A stretch of 63,068 nucleotides of DNA, filler included, from Octopus bimaculoides (GCF_001194135.2; 4 parts of 3 records of this genome joined end to end with filler, not necessarily neighbours in it); one strand, 5' to 3'. Shown: positions 46,801-60,200, counted from the first letter of the whole stretch. Notes: generated by a model not told the origin, from the sequence alone. Made by a program: numbers and translations.

Positions 46801-47085
46801 TTGTGCCTGGGGTGAGTCATTCTCTTTTTGTGCCTTATAATTTAACACACTCACCGGTAAAAATTCCACTTATTCCTTATTTTTATTTTCCTAAAATTTT
46901 CGTTGCGTCTTGCAGCCTTTTCAATAGTGTTGACTCTTGAAAAGGTTATTGAAAAGACTATTGAAAAGGTTGGAAGACGCAACGAAAATTTTAGGAAAAT
47001 AAAAATAAGGAATAAGTGGAAATTTACCGTTGAGAGTGTTATTTTTATAAGGCACAAAAAGAAAATAACTCTCCCCAGACACAAC
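46800..47085. repeat. Inverted repeat with 129-bp arms (46800-46928 and 46957-47085), about 11 mismatches and a 28-bp spacer
   Basis: Arms aligned by eye; each arm starts with a hammerhead-like motif. Confidence 0.95.
46958..46995 (+). ncRNA. Minimal hammerhead-like motif with a U3-A8 core (mirror copy at 46890-46927 on minus)
   Basis: CTA-TTGAAAA-G-GTTG(C)aagac(G)CAAC-GAA-AATT-T-TAG. Confidence 0.55.
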
Positions 47086-47479
47086 AGAATATGCTTCAAA
47101 AAACGAACTCACATAAAGAATCTTTCAAACCAAATCCCAAAACGAAATATTAAAAAGTTTTATTAATTTTTACTAATCCTATCAGTTGCTTGTGTGGAGG
47201 ATTCAGATATGGCGAATAAAGCATCATCTCTATATAGGCCTCCACTCCTTAATTTTATATTCCTGAAGCTCTATCAGAGCGCTAATCGGTTGAGCTGTAT
47301 AAAGTGGATAGCTATATCATTTATTTCTTCATTATATATATATATATATATGGGGGGTATGTATGTGTATATATAAATATATATATATAGATACATGAAC
47401 ATATACATTTACATACATATATACACACATATATGCACACATACATACACACGTGAGAGAGCGGACACACACACACATA

Positions 47480-47710
47480 AGGCGGCGAGCTGGCAGATAT
47501 TTAGCACGCCGGGCGAAATGCTTAGCGGTATTTCGTCTGCCGTTATGTTCTGTGTTCAAGTTTCGCTGAGGTCGATTTTGCCTTTCATCCTTTCGGGGTC
47601 GATTAAATAAGTACCAGTTACGCACTGGGGGCGATATAATCGACTTAATTCGTTTGTCTGTGCTTGTTTGTCCCCTCTGTGTAGCCCCTTGTGGGTAGTA
47701 AAGAAATAAC
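47480..47710 (+). mobile_element. SINE family B (ggcggcgagctggcag... head, gtcgatNNNatcgac hairpin)
   Basis: Copies also lie at 2770-2925(-), 17575-17760(-), 20185-20375(-) and 29200-29405(+), with four copies at 56485-57478(+). Confidence 0.85.
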
Positions 47711-50520
47711 ACATACAGACACACATACTGAGAGCAGTATACATAAACGAAATCATTGGCAATTAAAATATGAATATATGAATTTATAATGATGTAAAAT
47801 TCTCTAGAAATGAAACAATAACTTAATATATGCTATGAAAATCACGTATATTTTGCAATACAAAGAAATATGTAAGAAGTAGTAAATAAGGAATACTGAG
47901 GAATAGATGGAAAATAACGATATAGAAATAGCTCCAGGAAAAGAGAAGAGATTTGTCAATATTAGCAGAAATATAAAACCAGCAAATAAGTGGAAAGACA
48001 AAACAAAGGAATGAACAATATGCAGAAATATTGTTAAAGACATCCTAGTAATAAGAGAATATTTAAAACAACATATGTCAATAAAATTGACAACGGATCA
48101 GAATATTTATAGAATATTTAAAAACTTAAATGTTCATTGAAAATTTAATGAGTTTTATTAAAAACGAATTTAGAACAAATAAATAAACCATATCTAAACA
48201 AGTAATTGAAGTATTCTGTGCTGCAATATAGATGAAAAATATACCTACAACACAATAGAACTATAACGAAAACAATTCATCGATACAATGAAGTAATTAA
48301 CGAGCACCAAAAGTGAAACATCATAAAAAATCGATTTCATAAAGAAAACTGGAATATGTTATGAATTGACAAAATATATCTTCTTTATTTACAACATAGT
48401 CCGAGCTAGAAGGACAGCAGCCATGTCTTTTTAAAAGGACTCCAAAGTAGTGGAAGGAAGGAAAATGTTCTTTTCTAACCGGAGACCTGACCCACAAACT
48501 TCAACACTGTGTGCGTTACGAAAACGACAAGTTGAGCCAATAGAGGTCTAGACCAATCTTTTCTCTGAATACCAAAATAGCCCCTTTGATGAGCTTCTAA
48601 ATAATTTTCGCTTCTAAAACTCCACTCATAAGACGTTCATTGGCGTGAGGCTATAGTAGGAGACTTTTCCTAAATTATTGGAACAGAAACCGAAATATCG
48701 TAGTTGTGAATTTATGAAGTACACTGCCACTTTTTTCCCTTTCTGGATAAATAATGGCACACTCTTGATGACAGATTAACTGAAACGAAGACATTTGCAG
48801 CTGCTGCAAGAAACTGATAAGAGTGAGACTTAAAGGAATTACAAACGCTAAATAATACCTAACACTAAACTGCGTAGAAATTATTTATAAGTGTTTATAT
48901 GAAATACCAGCTGCAGAGAGTAACTGTCAAAATGGAACTTGTAAGTGGGAGGAAGTTTTCCTAGTAGAGTATATTGCTTCGGAAAGTAAGGGAAATGAAT
49001 TCCGTTACAGTATGAGAAGATAACACAAAAGTATTATCTGTGTACATTATTGCAATTGTTTTATATATATATATATATATATATATTCCTCCATAAATAA
49101 TCTAAACGTATTATCTACTGAAAAGGGGGGGGGGCATTATTCTAATACTAAGGACACGCACACGTTTATTACACTTATTTATCTTTCAGTTGATTACCTA
49201 TTTCAAAAATTAAATAATTGATTGCTTGCTTACTTGTTATTCGTTGGGTTAAACAATCAACAAGCAAGATTTGTCAAAGCTGTTTTGTCACCTTTCGAGA
49301 TCACAGCCATAACATATCCTCTCTGTTCCACTTCTGCATCTGGTCTGCCTCTTTGTCTCTTAGTTTGTAGCCCTCGAGACACAACAGTATATTTTACTTA
49401 CATTATCATTATGTATATTTGTTTGTGCATACAATGTGTTCGGGCTGAATTTGACAGTTTGAATAAAAGGAAAAGAAAGCGCAATATCCCATCCAAAAGT
49501 AAAAGTATTTTATGAAATAAAAAAAATGTCAGCTAGACTATCAGAAGTACCTGGTATTGCCTGGGTTAAAAAAAATGAATGTTCATTCTAAACTTGATAT
49601 ATTTTATTGATACTTATTGTTATCGGGGATTCTAAATTAATAGCATAAGTTTTGTGAGATCAACAGAGTATAAATGAAAATATTTTGAACACGAGAGCAT
49701 CCAACATACAACAGATTATGAAAGACGCAAGCTACTTACGGATAGTACTGCCCATGGTATTTCTTGATGGACATTAGTAAACTTACTCAGATTCGGAATT
49801 GTACTCTTTCAAATTGTACTGGTAAAACAGTAGGTATTAACGGAATACTTGAAATGAATACATTTAGAAAGCATTATTGCACTCATTTTCAACATAATAA
49901 GGAAAGCTGAATTTATTATTTTTTCTAAAATTTAAATCACTGGGCCACATTTTCCCCATGTCCCCGAGTCTAAGAAACTTGACCTTAAATTCCTTTTCAC
50001 AAAACCATTAAACTTACGGAAGTATTCGGGTTTTTCCTTATTTTTTCAATTTTCTTTAGTGGAACAAATATTTGCCCTCATGATCCATGGGCAGGCCTCA
50101 AATTCCTTTTTCACATTACCATTGAGCCTATGAAGAAATTCATGTTTGTCCTCAGTAATTTTCAATTCTATTTGTAGGGCCAACATTTCATACCCCACCG
50201 CATGTTCGATGGAAAGGATCTACATTTGAACAAAATCTAATGCTGGTTTTTAGGAACTCACATACTCAGTTTGAGCATAACTGGTCAACTGCTTTTCAAG
50301 AACATACGAGATGAAAGGACAAACAATAATACAAACCAGTTTTATATAGAGATATTATGGCNNNNNNNNNNNNNNNNNNNNNNNNNNNNNNNNNNNNNNN
50401 NNNNNTTAATTAATTAANNNNNNNNNNNNNNNNNNNNNNNNNNNNNNNNNNNNNNNNNNNNTTAGCTCCAAGAAGCCATCGCCTCTAGCTAGCTATGTGA
50501 CACACGAACCTGTGTCCTTT

Positions 50521-50667
50521 ATAACCTTCGAACAAGGGAGGTCAGCAGTGTCCCCCTGCTGGTTTGGCATCTGCAGACTAGACTAGTTTCAGGGTGTTGC
50601 CCCTTGTCAATGCAGAGTAGCCAAGCCTTAGCCAGGCGGCGCTGCTGACTATCTGCTCGAAGGTTAT
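50521..50667. repeat. Imperfect ~147-nt foldback
   Basis: ataaccttcg..gtcagcag..ggc pairs with gcc..ctgctgac..cgaaggttat; there is an inner tctgca/tgcaga pair. Confidence 0.75.
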
Positions 50668-52589
50668 TTATCTAATTTCAGTGGAATCTATCCACTGGTT
50701 TTCAGAAATAGAGTTATTAATATTTCTAAGTCTCTCTAAAGGAGACTACGGCAGCGGTACTGGAAATTAATAGTTATCGCCAAGCCAACATGGCAGTCCC
50801 AATCTATTTATTTATTTACAATTTGTATGACCATGGCTGCATCTGTTTATAAGAAAGCAGACTACGTTTAGCCAAACATATTATGCTAAGTATTTTAAAT
50901 TAAGAGACAAAAAGAATTAAAATTTTATTGATGTTGCGAAACTAATGCAATGGCATTTCTGCTTCTCGTCACAGGAACAAAAGTTTTGTTTATTAGAGAT
51001 TTTTTAATGAAAATAAGTATAATGATGAAAATGAGGAATGGAAAGAAGAAAATGAGTGTGTCGACAACAACATGACGACAACTATAGACATGGTGATGAC
51101 AATGACGTGATAAGGAGGAGGATATATAATGGTACCTGTCGCCGCTTGATGTCTGCCAGTTAGGTTGCAAATTAATGTGCTTAGTTTATATTCATAGACA
51201 ATTGTTTTTATTTGTCAAATACACCCACGGCATTCTTGAATCTGATGGTCTGGACGCTTCTAAGAGTTTCTCAATTTGATGCCAGAAGAAGGGTCTCAAC
51301 ATCCGCAGCAACGATGTGAGGAAGTATCTTAGAGGTAATTAACTAATGCGAAACTGGTTCAGGAAAGAATTTGACACGAATGTGCTGGCTGGGTTGATTC
51401 GATGCAGTATGATTCCATTTCGTTCATATGCTGAGTTGCAGATTGGTGAATGAACATGTCTGAGGACTAACGTCTAAGATATATTTTTTCCATGAGTATG
51501 CACATAACGGTCTGTTGCGCATTCTCTTATGCATGTTCCTTCGACCGCCTGAATATGTAATATTCCTATGTTATAAGTACAAGAGTGTTCATTAACTTTG
51601 TCGTCGTGAAATATGTTGAAATATATGCGTAAATACTTTAACTTCATCTTCGTCAACAAACGCAGCTCGGCGTCGATATACTTTTTTCTGCAATGCACAT
51701 CCAACGAAATTCATAATATAAGTAATATGAGTTGGTGAAGCTCTCGCTATTATTATATTTCTGATAGTGAATCCAACAATTCATTGCTTTAACTTATGCC
51801 AACATCCATTTACAGGAAATATGAATAAGTGGTCGAACATTTCCTCCACACGCAAAATGCAATACCGATGAGAAACACAAGGCACTAATGGATATATCGC
51901 CAAATATAGGCATCAAAATTGAGATTTGCTCTGTAAATTAAAAACCAGTATATTAAAACAAATTTCAGATCAAACTTCCTTTTCTATTTCAATCACTATT
52001 TTTATTTCAGGTTTTAATTTCTGATTTCATTATTTGCTTGCAGATCATCCAGGAGGTACATTTTTATCAACATAATTATATCATTATTTTACAATAGATT
52101 TCAATATTGTTGATACGTTCGTGTTTATTCTATGCTGTAAAATGAAGAGATTTTATTCCTTCCAAGTAAATGCACTCTCTTCTAAAATTTATAACTCATT
52201 TGCGTAAACGAGGTAGTTTTTTCTCTTTCTTTTTCTTTTGCTGAGTTCATAGTCACTGGTGTTTCACTAAAAGAATTGTTACCAGAAACAACTCAGCCAA
52301 TTGTAGGAAGTAAAAATGTTTCTCATTGAATGATAAATCTTCAGTATTCGTCTTCACATCGAAAACTAGTCAATTTTATATCTTTCTATTTATTTCTTTT
52401 ATTCTTCAGCTTCCATTTGTGTAGATTTCCGATGACGTCGGGGTGTGATATATTCTCTGAAGAAGTAACGTCATATCTGAAAGGGAAAGGAAAAGTAGAT
52501 TGTATTTGTGTTGCAGAACACAGGAGGAGTTACAAACACAAATGATATCAAGATGCATTTGAGCAACTCCTTCCTAAGGAGATGCAACA

Positions 52590-52627
<38 letters not shown>

Positions 52628-53154
52628 ACAGATGCATCAGTTTCGAAAGAAGGTCCGATGATATTTAAAGATGAAAAATTCACAATTGCTCCTTTGATCA
52701 GAATCATATATTAAATATAAAATGACTTTCTCTTCATGTACACCTCGGGTATCAATTTATTCAGGACTAGATACAAAGAAAACCTCAAAAATAATTTTAA
52801 CGTTTTGAAAACCAATAAATTGGTTCCTCGTTAAATAATGCGAAAATAATACGAAAAGAAAATTACAAGAGTACGGCATTTCAGACAAAACCTCTATATA
52901 TATAGTGCCATAACCTTTTTGTGGGTTACATTCATTTTTTTATGTGTACCTGCGTTATTATGTACAGGCAACACCCATTTACTACTGACTAATGACGTTT
53001 AAGACTGAGAGAGCAGGAATATTCCTTTGAAGATTTGGTAATTTCTTCTTTAAATTGTGAAACACCAGTTGTGAATTGGTTTTAAGTCAATGAGTCAATG
53101 AGTACATAATACAACATTTCTTATGCAGAAACATTTAATGCTTCAAATAATCAC

Positions 53155-53157
53155 AGG

Positions 53158-53208
<51 letters not shown>

Positions 53209-53209
53209 C

Positions 53210-53297
<88 letters not shown>

Positions 53298-53300
53298 GAC
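53155..53300. repeat. (GATA)n microsatellite
   Basis: Direct sequence. Confidence 0.98.
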
Positions 53301-53799
53301 TGAAGTAGATAGATACACACAAGCATACGTACGCTCACATATATTTATTTATTTATTCATTTATATTTGTCATGATGTTTATTGCAGTATGAAACTGTGA
53401 GATATCGTTATAAAGCAGGATGAATGTATATCTGAATGTGCTTTCTTCTCTCTTTTTTCGTTGCTGGAGTTTTAAGCGATTTCTTCTTATATTTCTTTAC
53501 TTTTTGTTGGGTTTATATTTTTATTTGTTATTTTGATATTTTGTGATCTTACATCGTTTGATAAAAGAAAATGATTTGAGCACGAGAAAGATTTTCACTT
53601 TCATTATTAATATAAAACAGAAAGTATCATAGACGCAGAAGATTAGAAGTAGTTACCAGATCTTTTGTACTCTAGACCTACACAGCAGCATAAAGAATGA
53701 GAAAGGAAAAAAGAAACAATAGTGTTCCACTTTGAGATATGTAAGGGTGAGAAGAATCATTATATGTAACCTGTAAAAATCGACTTCACTGACCTCATT

Positions 53800-54400
53800 T
53801 GTGTTCATACAAGAGGAAATATTAGTTGGAGGAAGCAACGACTGAATAGAAATGAATAAACAAAATATTTCTATTAACGATTTTTTCCCGTTTGCATATT
53901 TGGTGCGCATGTGATCATTTTACCAATTACTTGTTTATAATGCCGGTAGCATCAATGGGAATGTCAGTTTCATGCTTTTGGATGAATTATACAATTTTTT
54001 AACAATACTACAGCATTCAAAGCAGTCATAAAGAATAGGTGATTGTATTCTCACACTACACATATCAATGCTGTTATAATGATAATAACGATGATCTTGG
54101 TGTAAAGATGATTTCTTTATTTGCTGAACTCGTGTATTTTCAAAGCATTGCCTTAGTCTTTTGACTATTTCCTGATTAGAAATATTCATTAATGTGTGAC
54201 CAGCCAATTTATTTACTTCGTGATTTCACCATTTGGAGTTTACTCTACTTTTCTCTACAGTCAGAATATCAATCTTAACCACACTACAAAACATTATTTT
54301 GAATAAGGCGGTATGCACTACTAGATAAACAGACGAAATCCCTGCAAAAAATATGATAGCTCCACATGTATTTAGATCATAGGTATTTTCTCTGTAATAT
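53800..54400 (-). mobile_element. Possible NOF-FB/Mutator-like transposase relic
   Basis: A broken minus-strand frame gives KHETDIPIDATGIINK..FIHFYSVV; IDATG followed by a hydrophobic F.Y..V stretch recalls NOF-type transposases. Confidence 0.4.
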
Positions 54401-55558
54401 CCAATCAACTGCTAAACAAAAATTAAAGAAAGAAAATTAGTGGTGTGCTCCATTTGACCATAAAGCCATAAAGTCATAAAACCATGAATTATGTTTGAAG
54501 ACGTAAGTCTGCTTCTCTTTTTGTTCTTTCATGCTTCACTTTTCAGTAAGCCTACCACTTTTTTTATTTATCTTCGTGTTTTTTTTTCTCGCCATTTCTC
54601 TTATATGACTGTCCCGTTTGGTAAACTGAAACGATCATGCACTCACAGTCTCAAGACATCATTGTCTGAAAAGGAATTTAATATTACCGATATCAATATT
54701 TTTATTCCATCATTTATTATTAATTTAACATTATATATTATTTGCCCGTTCTTCGCATTTACATATTTAGAGATAGGCGTATAGACTTACATGAGTATAG
54801 TAAAGCAGGAGAGTAAGTACAAAATATTAAATTGTAGATGTATATTTGAATGAGAAAGGCTCAGAATGACAATATTATGTGAGATGAAAAAACGTATTAT
54901 TGAGATGGCTATATTATTTTCCTTGCGACAGGAAATTTTCCAGTTAATAGGACAATCTTTTATAAATGATACTCCACTGTAACCTTCAGGTGAATTGGCT
55001 TTTAATCTGAAGAATATTAATCAATAAGAAATTTTTAAATGACATGTGAAATATAGTATTCGAGATTAGGAATAGTAAAACGTGTATATAATCATCATTT
55101 ATGCTCATATTTAATACTTATAATTTCTTGTGTGGGTGTGCTGAGTGCTATGCAGCATTACTCCGACCGAGGTGCTGCGCGAAAATCGCTAGAAGTATGC
55201 AAAATATTCGTGTAGGTTGTGTAGGCTTAATCCGGGCTTAAATCATGTCCGTAGAAGTATACGTATTCACGCTCAGAAATCTATAAGGCATTAATCTGTT
55301 CTATACAGGATTCACAACCAACAACTTGTGGATTAGCCAGAATTATATTTATATAGATATATATACGTATATATATATATATATNNNNNNNNNNNNNNNN
55401 NNNNNNNNNNNNNNNNNNNNNNNNNNNNTTAATTAATTAANNNNNNNNNNNNNNNNNNNNNNNNNNNNNNNNNNNNNNNNNNNNTTTACCTGATGGCATG
55501 CGAATATACCTGCTTTCATACGTATTTAACTTCCCGCGCACATGAATCATGTGCGTGC

Positions 55559-55598
<40 letters not shown>

Positions 55599-56231
55599 GT
55601 GTGTGCGTGCGCGCGCGCATATAATGCAATGTGAAAATGAAATTACGTGCATGTTCTTCAAACAGACAGCCGCCAGCTAAAACTGATCTCCACAAGTGAC
55701 TTCGCTGTGGAAATGACTGAACCAACTTTAAGTGTTGCGTCTACCGCTTTTGTGTTACTGCGACACTCAACGCTGCCGTTTCTGCTGATGTTGTTTCAGT
55801 TATTGCTGTCGGTTAACTATTGCTGTGGACGTCAAAACTTTTGTTGCTACTCCATGTTGCTGCTGTTGCTGCCGATGATGATGACGATGAGGATGATGTT
55901 ATTTTGTTCCTGATAATATACGTCGTTGTTGTTTCTTATTTTTGTTTGGCCATGAATGTTGTGGTGGGGTTACATAACAGCGATAAGATGGGTGATGACC
56001 ATAATCATCCTCTACATATTCATCATGATGACACGTCGGATGCTCCTCCGACTGATATTGTATCAGTGTTGCTGCTGTTGTTGCTGTTATTGTCGTCGTC
56101 GTCGTCGTTCCGATTGTGATTTGATGATTTTGTTCTTGTTGTTCTGGCAAATTTTTCCCCTCACCACGTTCAACGTTGCCACTCTCTCTCTTTCTCCTCA
56201 TTTTGCTACTATTTTTTTTCTCTTCATCGTT

Positions 56232-56308
<77 letters not shown>

Positions 56309-56484
56309 GCTGCTGCTGCTGCTAATACTATTACTGCTGCTGCTGGTACGTGTTATTATTCATTCTACACTTTTGTTTCATTGAGATATAATAGTTTTTG
56401 TGTCGTTGTTAATGCACCTTTGCACTCAGTTCCCTCTCCGCTTTCTCATATTTTTCCACAATTTTCAGTTGTGTTATTACGGTT

Positions 56485-57478
56485 TCAAGCAAGCTAGTAT
56501 TTCGTCTGCCGCTACGTTCTGAGTTTAGATTCCGTCGAGGTTGATTTTGCCTTTCACCCTTTCAGGGAGTGGGGGGATAAAATAACTACCAGTTGAACAC
56601 TGGGGTCGATGTAATCGACTTAACCCCTTCCCCAAAATTGCTGCCATGGTGCCAAGATTTGAAGCCATTAAGGCAGCGAGCTAGCAGAATCGTTAGCACG
56701 TTGTTCAAAATGCTTAGCGGTATTTCGTCCGTCGCTTCGTTTTGAGTTTAACTCCCACCGATGTCGACTTTGCTTTTCATCCTTCCGGGGTCGATAAATT
56801 AAGTACCAGTGAAACACTGGGGGCGATGTAATCGACTAGTCCCCTTCCTCAAATTTCAGGCCTTGTGTCTATAGTAGAAAGGATTATTAAGGTTTCAACC
56901 ATTCAACCATTACGGTTTACCTGCATAATCTGCGTTTCAATTACACACTTTTCTTGCATAGTGTTATTTTACTGAGTATCTTATGTCCCTCAAATTAAAT
57001 CCCTTGCTAAAAAGAGCGAGCACTATATGAAGGTGAGCTGGCAGAATGGTTAGCGTGCCTGGCAAAATGATTAGTGGCATTTCGTCCGTCTTTACTTTGT
57101 GAGGTCAAATTCTGCCGAGGTCAACTTTGCCTTTCATCCTTTCGGAGTGGATAAAATAAGTACTAATTGAACACTGGGGGTCGATGTAATCGACTTCACC
57201 ACTTCCCTGAAACTGCTAACCTTGTGCAAATATTTGTAACCAGTATAGGATCACGTTTTAGGGGGCGCGTTGGCAGAATCGTTACCGCGTCTGAAGAAAT
57301 GCGAAGCAGGATTTCTTCCGTCTTTATGTTCTGAGTTCATATACCGTCAGAGTGGACTTTGCCTCACACCATTTCGGGCATTATAAAATATGTACCAGTT
57401 GAATACTAAGCTCAATGTAATCGACTTTCCCCACTCCTTTCAAATTGCTGGCCATGTATACCAAAATTCGAAACTAAT
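56485..57478 (+). mobile_element. Cluster of four co-oriented family B SINE copies
   Basis: Units at about 56485-56665, 56668-56885, 57030-57245 and 57262-57478. Confidence 0.88.
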
Positions 57479-58543
57479 ATATGACCACATATATGTGCAT
57501 TTCTTTTTTTGAAATGCAACCGGTGTCTATTTTATTTTAATTTCTCTGACGTCGATAAAATACAGAGGCGAGACAATCAAGAAGTTTGATACTGTAGATT
57601 GTATCTTCTCTCCACCAAAGTAGAAATCCGGGAAGGAAGAGAATAGAAAGTAATATTAAAGGAAAAGAATAGGAAATAATATTAAAGTACCCTAAATCTG
57701 AAGTCTCTACAAGCAGAGTTCTAGTAGCAACATGGCCTAACATTGCCTTGCTTGTCATTTCTCTGGAATCGATAAATACCCAGAAAATAATAATGTAGCA
57801 ACGGAGGCAGAATTGATTCTCTCCATAAAAAAAAGAATTCAGTTTCCTGTGTATATTCATGCATTTATTTTTCTACCGTTACTCCTTCGCTACGGTTCTG
57901 TAAATGTTCTCAGTCGAAATATTACTCTTAATATAAGTCTGTGCCTAGAGGCCATTTTAAATATCCTACAAATATTATTATTGCGAAGAAGCAACATCGT
58001 CACACCATATATGAATAATGTTGATCAACAATTGAGAGATTGATTCTTTTGATCGTGAATTGACAAAGCTCGACGGTTAATAGAAATATTTAGGACGGCC
58101 TACTGGGATTGCATTAAGTGGTGCACAGCAAGCATGAATACAAATTGTTTATCTTGTTTATTACAATCTGGTAATGGTCCCTATTATATTCTCAACCTAT
58201 AACTCAAGGCCAAGTTTGGAGGTAAATTTTTTGACAGAAAGCGACTTATGTACATATATATGCATTAACACATACATACATACATACATACATACATACA
58301 TACATACGTACGTACGTACATACATACATACAGATCGGAAGAGCGTCGNNNNNNNNNNNNNNNNNNNNNNNNNNNNNNNNNNNNNNNNNNNNNNNNNNNN
58401 NNNNNNNNNNNNNNNNNNNNNNNNNNNNNNNNNNNNNNNNNNNNNNNNNNNNNNNNNNNNNNNNNNNNNNNNNNNNNNNNNNNNNNNNNNNNNNNNNNNN
58501 NNNNNNNNNNNNNNNNNNNNNNNNNNNNNNNNNNNNNNNNNNN

Positions 58544-58623
<80 letters not shown>

Positions 58624-59129
58624 ATAAAGATAGATAGATAGATAGATATGTGTGTGAATATGTATACTACATACGTGTGTGGGAGTTAGGCGTTTGGAAT
58701 ATTTTCTAATTTATTCAAGAGAAATAAACAAAGTCACAATGCTGGAAATTTGATTTTAAAAATGCTTTTAAGTTTATCGACTGTGGTAAAAATATAATTC
58801 TTCTAGATTTAGAGTTGTAAGTTTGCTATGTTACTAATTAACAAAGTATATATATGTATGTGCGTATGTAGGTATGTATATATGTATGTATGTATGTATG
58901 TATGTGAATGTTTGTATGTATGTGTGTGTGAATGTATGTATGTCTCTTCTATTTTTTTTTAATTATTGTAAATATTCCAACAAAAATGCTAGGCTCCATT
59001 TTTGGGATGTAGTTAATATGCAAGACTTTTCTTTCTCAAGTTCCAAATGTGAGAAAAGTCTCGCATATTTTACTATTCCACTCACATATTGCACTTGTAA
59101 TGTACGGATCAGCCGGTCAAATCCCAGTT

Positions 59130-59395
59130 TAAGCATTTACTAACAAAACTTAGTGCTCCAATTATTATTGGTATGATCATGAATTCATAGTCTGGATAAA
59201 GAAACTGGAGGTTTCGAAGCAGTTGTCCATAAATATCCTCTTTTTCTTTGATTTTCAAAGAGATATATCTGCAGGCAGCTTACCTCTATGATGGTACATA
59301 CCTTTGCCCCTCTGTCCCAAACAACATCCGGCCTGATATGTTTACATCTGACAGAGGTTTTGATGGGAATATTCCACCAGTATTCCTTGAGTTCG
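59130..59395 (-). mobile_element. RLE-type (R4/NeSL-like) non-LTR retrotransposon, restriction-like endonuclease fragment
   Basis: YWWNIPIKTSVRCKHIRPDVVWDRGAKVCTIIEVSC, a frameshift, then KIKEKEDIYGQLLRNLQFLYPDY..IPIIIGAL (PD..E motif). Confidence 0.8.
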
Positions 59396-59427
<32 letters not shown>

Positions 59428-59519
59428 TGTATGTATATATAATGCATGTATGTATGCATATGTGTACGCATTTAAGAATGTAGTATCTATCTTTATCAAT
59501 CTCCATATATATATAATAT

Positions 59520-60200
59520 AGTGCAATTCCAGACTTAGAATCAGTGCATGACCTGGTGATCCACAAGAGTTGTAATGCAACATTATGTGTGCATATTGCC
59601 AGGATGGCAACACTGTGTAGGCGAGTAGCCGGATCATTCAGAACCAGAAATAAGTATACCTTGCTACTCCTAAGGAGGACATTTGTCCTCAGTCGTCTGG
59701 ATTACTGCTCCCAATTGTGGTCACCGCAGAGCGTCAAATTGGTGGCTGAAGTTGAGGCTATCAAGCACCACTACACAAAAACGATTGACCCAGGGAAACA
59801 GATGAGTTATTGGGAGAGGCTACAAGGACTGAAGCTCTAATCTGCGGAGAGAAGGGGAGAAGTATATGCAATGATATATATATGGAATATCTTGAAAGGT
59901 CTACCTCCCAAATTAGTAATTAAAAGCTATACCAACCACCCAACGGGATAGCAATGCATAATACAAAAGATACGGCCTTCTTCATCACAAGTAAGGACCC
60001 AATATTGCAACAGGTGGAAACGTTCAAAAAGCACCTGGACAAATTTCTATCTGAAATCCCAGCTGAGCCCACATCACGGCAGGAGGCACAAAGAAGTGCA
60101 ACTTCGTCCAACTCACTTTTTCGCCAAAAACAGTAGCGAAAAAGACCCCGAAACGTTGAAAGGCGGTACCCTAGCATGGCCTCACCCTCTGACTGAAACC
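59520..60200 (+). mobile_element. CR1-clade LINE 3' fragment with its 3' tail
   Basis: SVHDL..FRTR..LLLRRTFVLSRLDYCSQLWSP..SYWERLQGLKL*SAERR..FKKHLDKFLSEIP. Confidence 0.9.

Noticed and set aside
52330-52714. Short ORFs with a protein-like look (MTSGCDIFSEEV...)
   Set aside because: Interrupted by a stop and an (ATC)n tract; no family was recognised.
26578-55484. Recurrent TTAATTAATTAA palindrome
   Set aside because: It is always centred in ~100-nt N runs, so it is a scaffolding spacer rather than biology.
57537-57860. 107-aa hydrophobic ORF
   Set aside because: No recognisable motif or convincing splice context; its composition is explained by AT richness.
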